DNA of 64,000 nucleotides from Flavobacteriales bacterium. Its GTDB lineage: Bacteria; Bacteroidota; Bacteroidia; UBA10329. The stretch covers positions 1,552 through 65,551 of the forward strand of contig JBIKWM010000015.1 of NCBI GenBank assembly GCA_044356305.1. Direction: 5' to 3'. Positions 62,392-64,000 of the stretch are shown piece after piece. Position 1 is the first letter of the stretch. The number at the start of each line of letters is the position of its first letter. The translations under genes were made by a program, and so were the position numbers. The notes beneath the pieces were generated by a model. It worked only from the letters and a program-made list of their open reading frames with translations, ran no database searches and had not been told where the DNA came from.

Positions 62392-63206
62392 TGCGCCATC
62401 TCATCTGTTCACTCCTGTGCCTGTCGCTCATTTCGGGCACCGCGGCAAAGGCGCAGGATTCGCTCCGGTACCACCGCAACTGGAAGGTTGATCTGGGCAT
62501 CACGGCCGGAAGTCTGGCCGTGGCCGGTGCGGGGGCCTATTGCTACCTCGGCCTGAAGAGGCCGCTCAGCACCGATGAGCTCGTTGCGCTCGACCCGGCC
62601 TCCATCAACCCGCTCGACCGCAGCGCCACACTCAGGTACAGCCCGGGGGCACTCACCGCCAGCCACATCCTGGCCTACGGCTCCATGGCGCTGCCCTTCA
62701 CCCTTTTGGCTATCAGGGAGGTGCGGATAGAATGGCTCTATATGGGTTTCATGTATGCCGAGGTGGGCCTTATCACCTTCGGAGTGACGGAGATAACCAA
62801 GGCCGCATCCGGCCGCATCCGGCCGCTGGCCTATAACCCGGCCTTTGACATGGAAACCCGCATGGAGGCCGAGTCGCGCAAATCGTTCTTCAGCGGCCAT
62901 ACCGCCAATGCGGCCGCCTTCTGCTTCCTCACGGCCCGCATCTTCGCTGATCATTCTGACAGTAAAGTGGCCAAGGCCCTGGTGTGGACAGGGGCGGCCA
63001 CCATTCCGGCCGTTACAGGGTTCCTCCGCTATTGGGGCGGCAAGCATTTCCCCACCGACATCATTACGGGGTACATCGTGGGTGGGGCCATCGGTTATTT
63101 TGTGCCTTACCTTCACCGCAAGCGATGGAAAGACGACCGCCTCAGCGTGCTGCCCTTCGGTGGCCTGGGTTCGCAGGCCGGGCTGTGCGTGCTGTACCGG
63201 CTCTGA
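62388..63206 (+). CDS. PAP2-superfamily phosphatase
   Basis: 272 aa. KxxxxxxRP (KAASGRIRP), SGH (FSGHT) and SRxxxxxHxxxD-like (LRYWGGKHFPTD) motifs, with a signal peptide. Confidence 0.7.
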   Translation: MMRHLICSLLCLSLISGTAAKAQDSLRYHRNWKVDLGITAGSLAVAGAGAYCYLGLKRPLSTDELVALDPASINPLDRSATLRYSPGALTASHILAYGSMALPFTLLAIREVRIEWLYMGFMYAEVGLITFGVTEITKAASGRIRPLAYNPAFDMETRMEAESRKSFFSGHTANAAAFCFLTARIFADHSDSKVAKALVWTGAATIPAVTGFLRYWGGKHFPTDIITGYIVGGAIGYFVPYLHRKRWKDDRLSVLPFGGLGSQAGLCVLYRL

Positions 63207-63565
63207 TCCTGCTCGTGGCAGGCTGTGCTGATGAGCCGGCCAGACAGCCCTACGAGGACTGGCCCGGTGTGTACGAAGGGCCCATGATCAGCACCGTTGT
63301 GGCCGTGGGCGACACCGCAGCGGTAATTGACACCGTCACCCAACAGATAACCATTGGCGCTGGGTCCATCGAGGGCACCATCACGGTGCTCGATGCCACC
63401 ATACAGCCCCGCGCTGACGGTGGCTACGAGGGCAATCACACCTTGGCGGTGTTCGGCACCTTCAGCCTCGCCTTCTTCAGTGCCGACAGCCTGCGCATCG
63501 CCTATCTGGCCGATGAGGACACCGTGATGCGGGCCGTCCGGTTCCGTGGCAGGAAATTGAATTGA
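63185..63565 (+). CDS. Small lipoprotein (GTG start candidate)
   Basis: GTG at 63185 gives VRAVPALILLVAGC with an LVAGC lipobox. It overlaps the PAP2 stop. There is no ATG in the signal region. Confidence 0.3.
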   Translation: MRAVPALILLVAGCADEPARQPYEDWPGVYEGPMISTVVAVGDTAAVIDTVTQQITIGAGSIEGTITVLDATIQPRADGGYEGNHTLAVFGTFSLAFFSADSLRIAYLADEDTVMRAVRFRGRKLN

Positions 63566-63568
63566 CCC

Positions 63569-64000
63569 ATGCGTCAGTTCCTGATCCGGGCGGGTCTGTT
63601 CGCCCTGCTCATCATAACAGCAGTCCTTTTTTTCATACTGATCCATGAGCCCCCGAGGCAACAGGTGTGGAACGATGTGAGGACCGACTGTGCCGCCCGG
63701 GGCCCGTGGATGTACCACCGCCTGCATGCCGACACCACACCCATCGATGTGGCTTTCATTGGCACTTCCTATACCATGAACACGGTGGCCGACAGTGCCG
63801 TGCAGCGGCTTCTGAGCGCGGGAAGCCCACACGTGCATGTGGCCAACCTCGGCTACTGCCGGCCGGGCGAGAACCTCTACCCGGTCATTGTCCGCGAACT
63901 GTTGACCCGAAAGCGTCCCCGCCTCATTGTGGTAGAGGTGCGCCTCAGCCCCTCGCAGGGCAGCCACCCCATGTACGGGCACTTGGCCACGGGGGCCGAT
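63569..64000 (+). CDS. Membrane-anchored hypothetical protein, 5' part (runs off the window end)
   Basis: ATG at 63569, open to 64000. N-terminal TM helix LFALLIITAVLFFILI. Confidence 0.35.
   Translation, partial: MRQFLIRAGLFALLIITAVLFFILIHEPPRQQVWNDVRTDCAARGPWMYHRLHADTTPIDVAFIGTSYTMNTVADSAVQRLLSAGSPHVHVANLGYCRPGENLYPVIVRELLTRKRPRLIVVEVRLSPSQGSHPMYGHLATGAD

Noticed and set aside
63113-63982. 289-aa minus-strand ORF across the PAP2/lipoprotein/last gene region
   Set aside because: It lies antisense to three plus-strand genes with clear signal peptides and motifs. Its translation is low-complexity (HG..., RG...).

Overview
This window reads as a chromosomal segment from a high-GC member of Bacteroidota. 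The taxon call is inferred from three things: a conserved gene order (xerC, hpf, tRNA-Thr/Tyr/Gly/Thr, tuf, tRNA-Trp, secE, nusG, rplK, rplA, rplJ, rplL, rpoB, rpoC, all on the minus strand); a T9SS C-terminal sorting domain at the 5' edge; and a TTG-N18-TAnnTTTG style promoter. After the housekeeping block the window holds: a fused gamma/alpha 2-oxoacid:ferredoxin oxidoreductase subunit with no beta partner nearby; a sensor kinase/OmpR-type two-component pair; a short ALDH-like protein that ends before the catalytic half; a translationally coupled DUF4389/DUF4870/M48-protease operon; tadA and aspS; and then a roughly 21 kb, visibly AT-richer polysaccharide locus (27.7-49.0 kb). That locus is the main point of interest. 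It is a Wza/Wzc/Wzx/Wzy-type assembly system. Its long minus-strand operon fuses PAPS synthesis (cysC-cysD-cysN), ADP-L-glycero-D-manno-heptose synthesis (hldE-hldD-gmhA), two sulfotransferases, an O-acetyltransferase, a PL7-like lyase candidate, a GT4 glycosyltransferase and an initiating phosphoglycosyltransferase. An AlgD-type GDP-mannose 6-dehydrogenase and a DUF354 protein are encoded divergently. Together this predicts a sulfated, O-acetylated, heptose- and mannuronate-containing surface polysaccharide. Downstream are deoC plus an aldehyde dehydrogenase, and a divergent dinB/dnaE2 (error-prone polymerase) pair with a perfect 11-bp inverted repeat in the shared promoter. A RelE/ParE-type toxin-antitoxin pair sits beside a decayed duplicate of the 3' end of a neighbouring hydrolase gene. 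There is a strongly G-depleted CT-rich intergenic tract, plus tRNA-Gly(CCC) and a tRNA-CAT that resembles tRNA-Ile2. No CRISPR array, rRNA or clear transposon is present.
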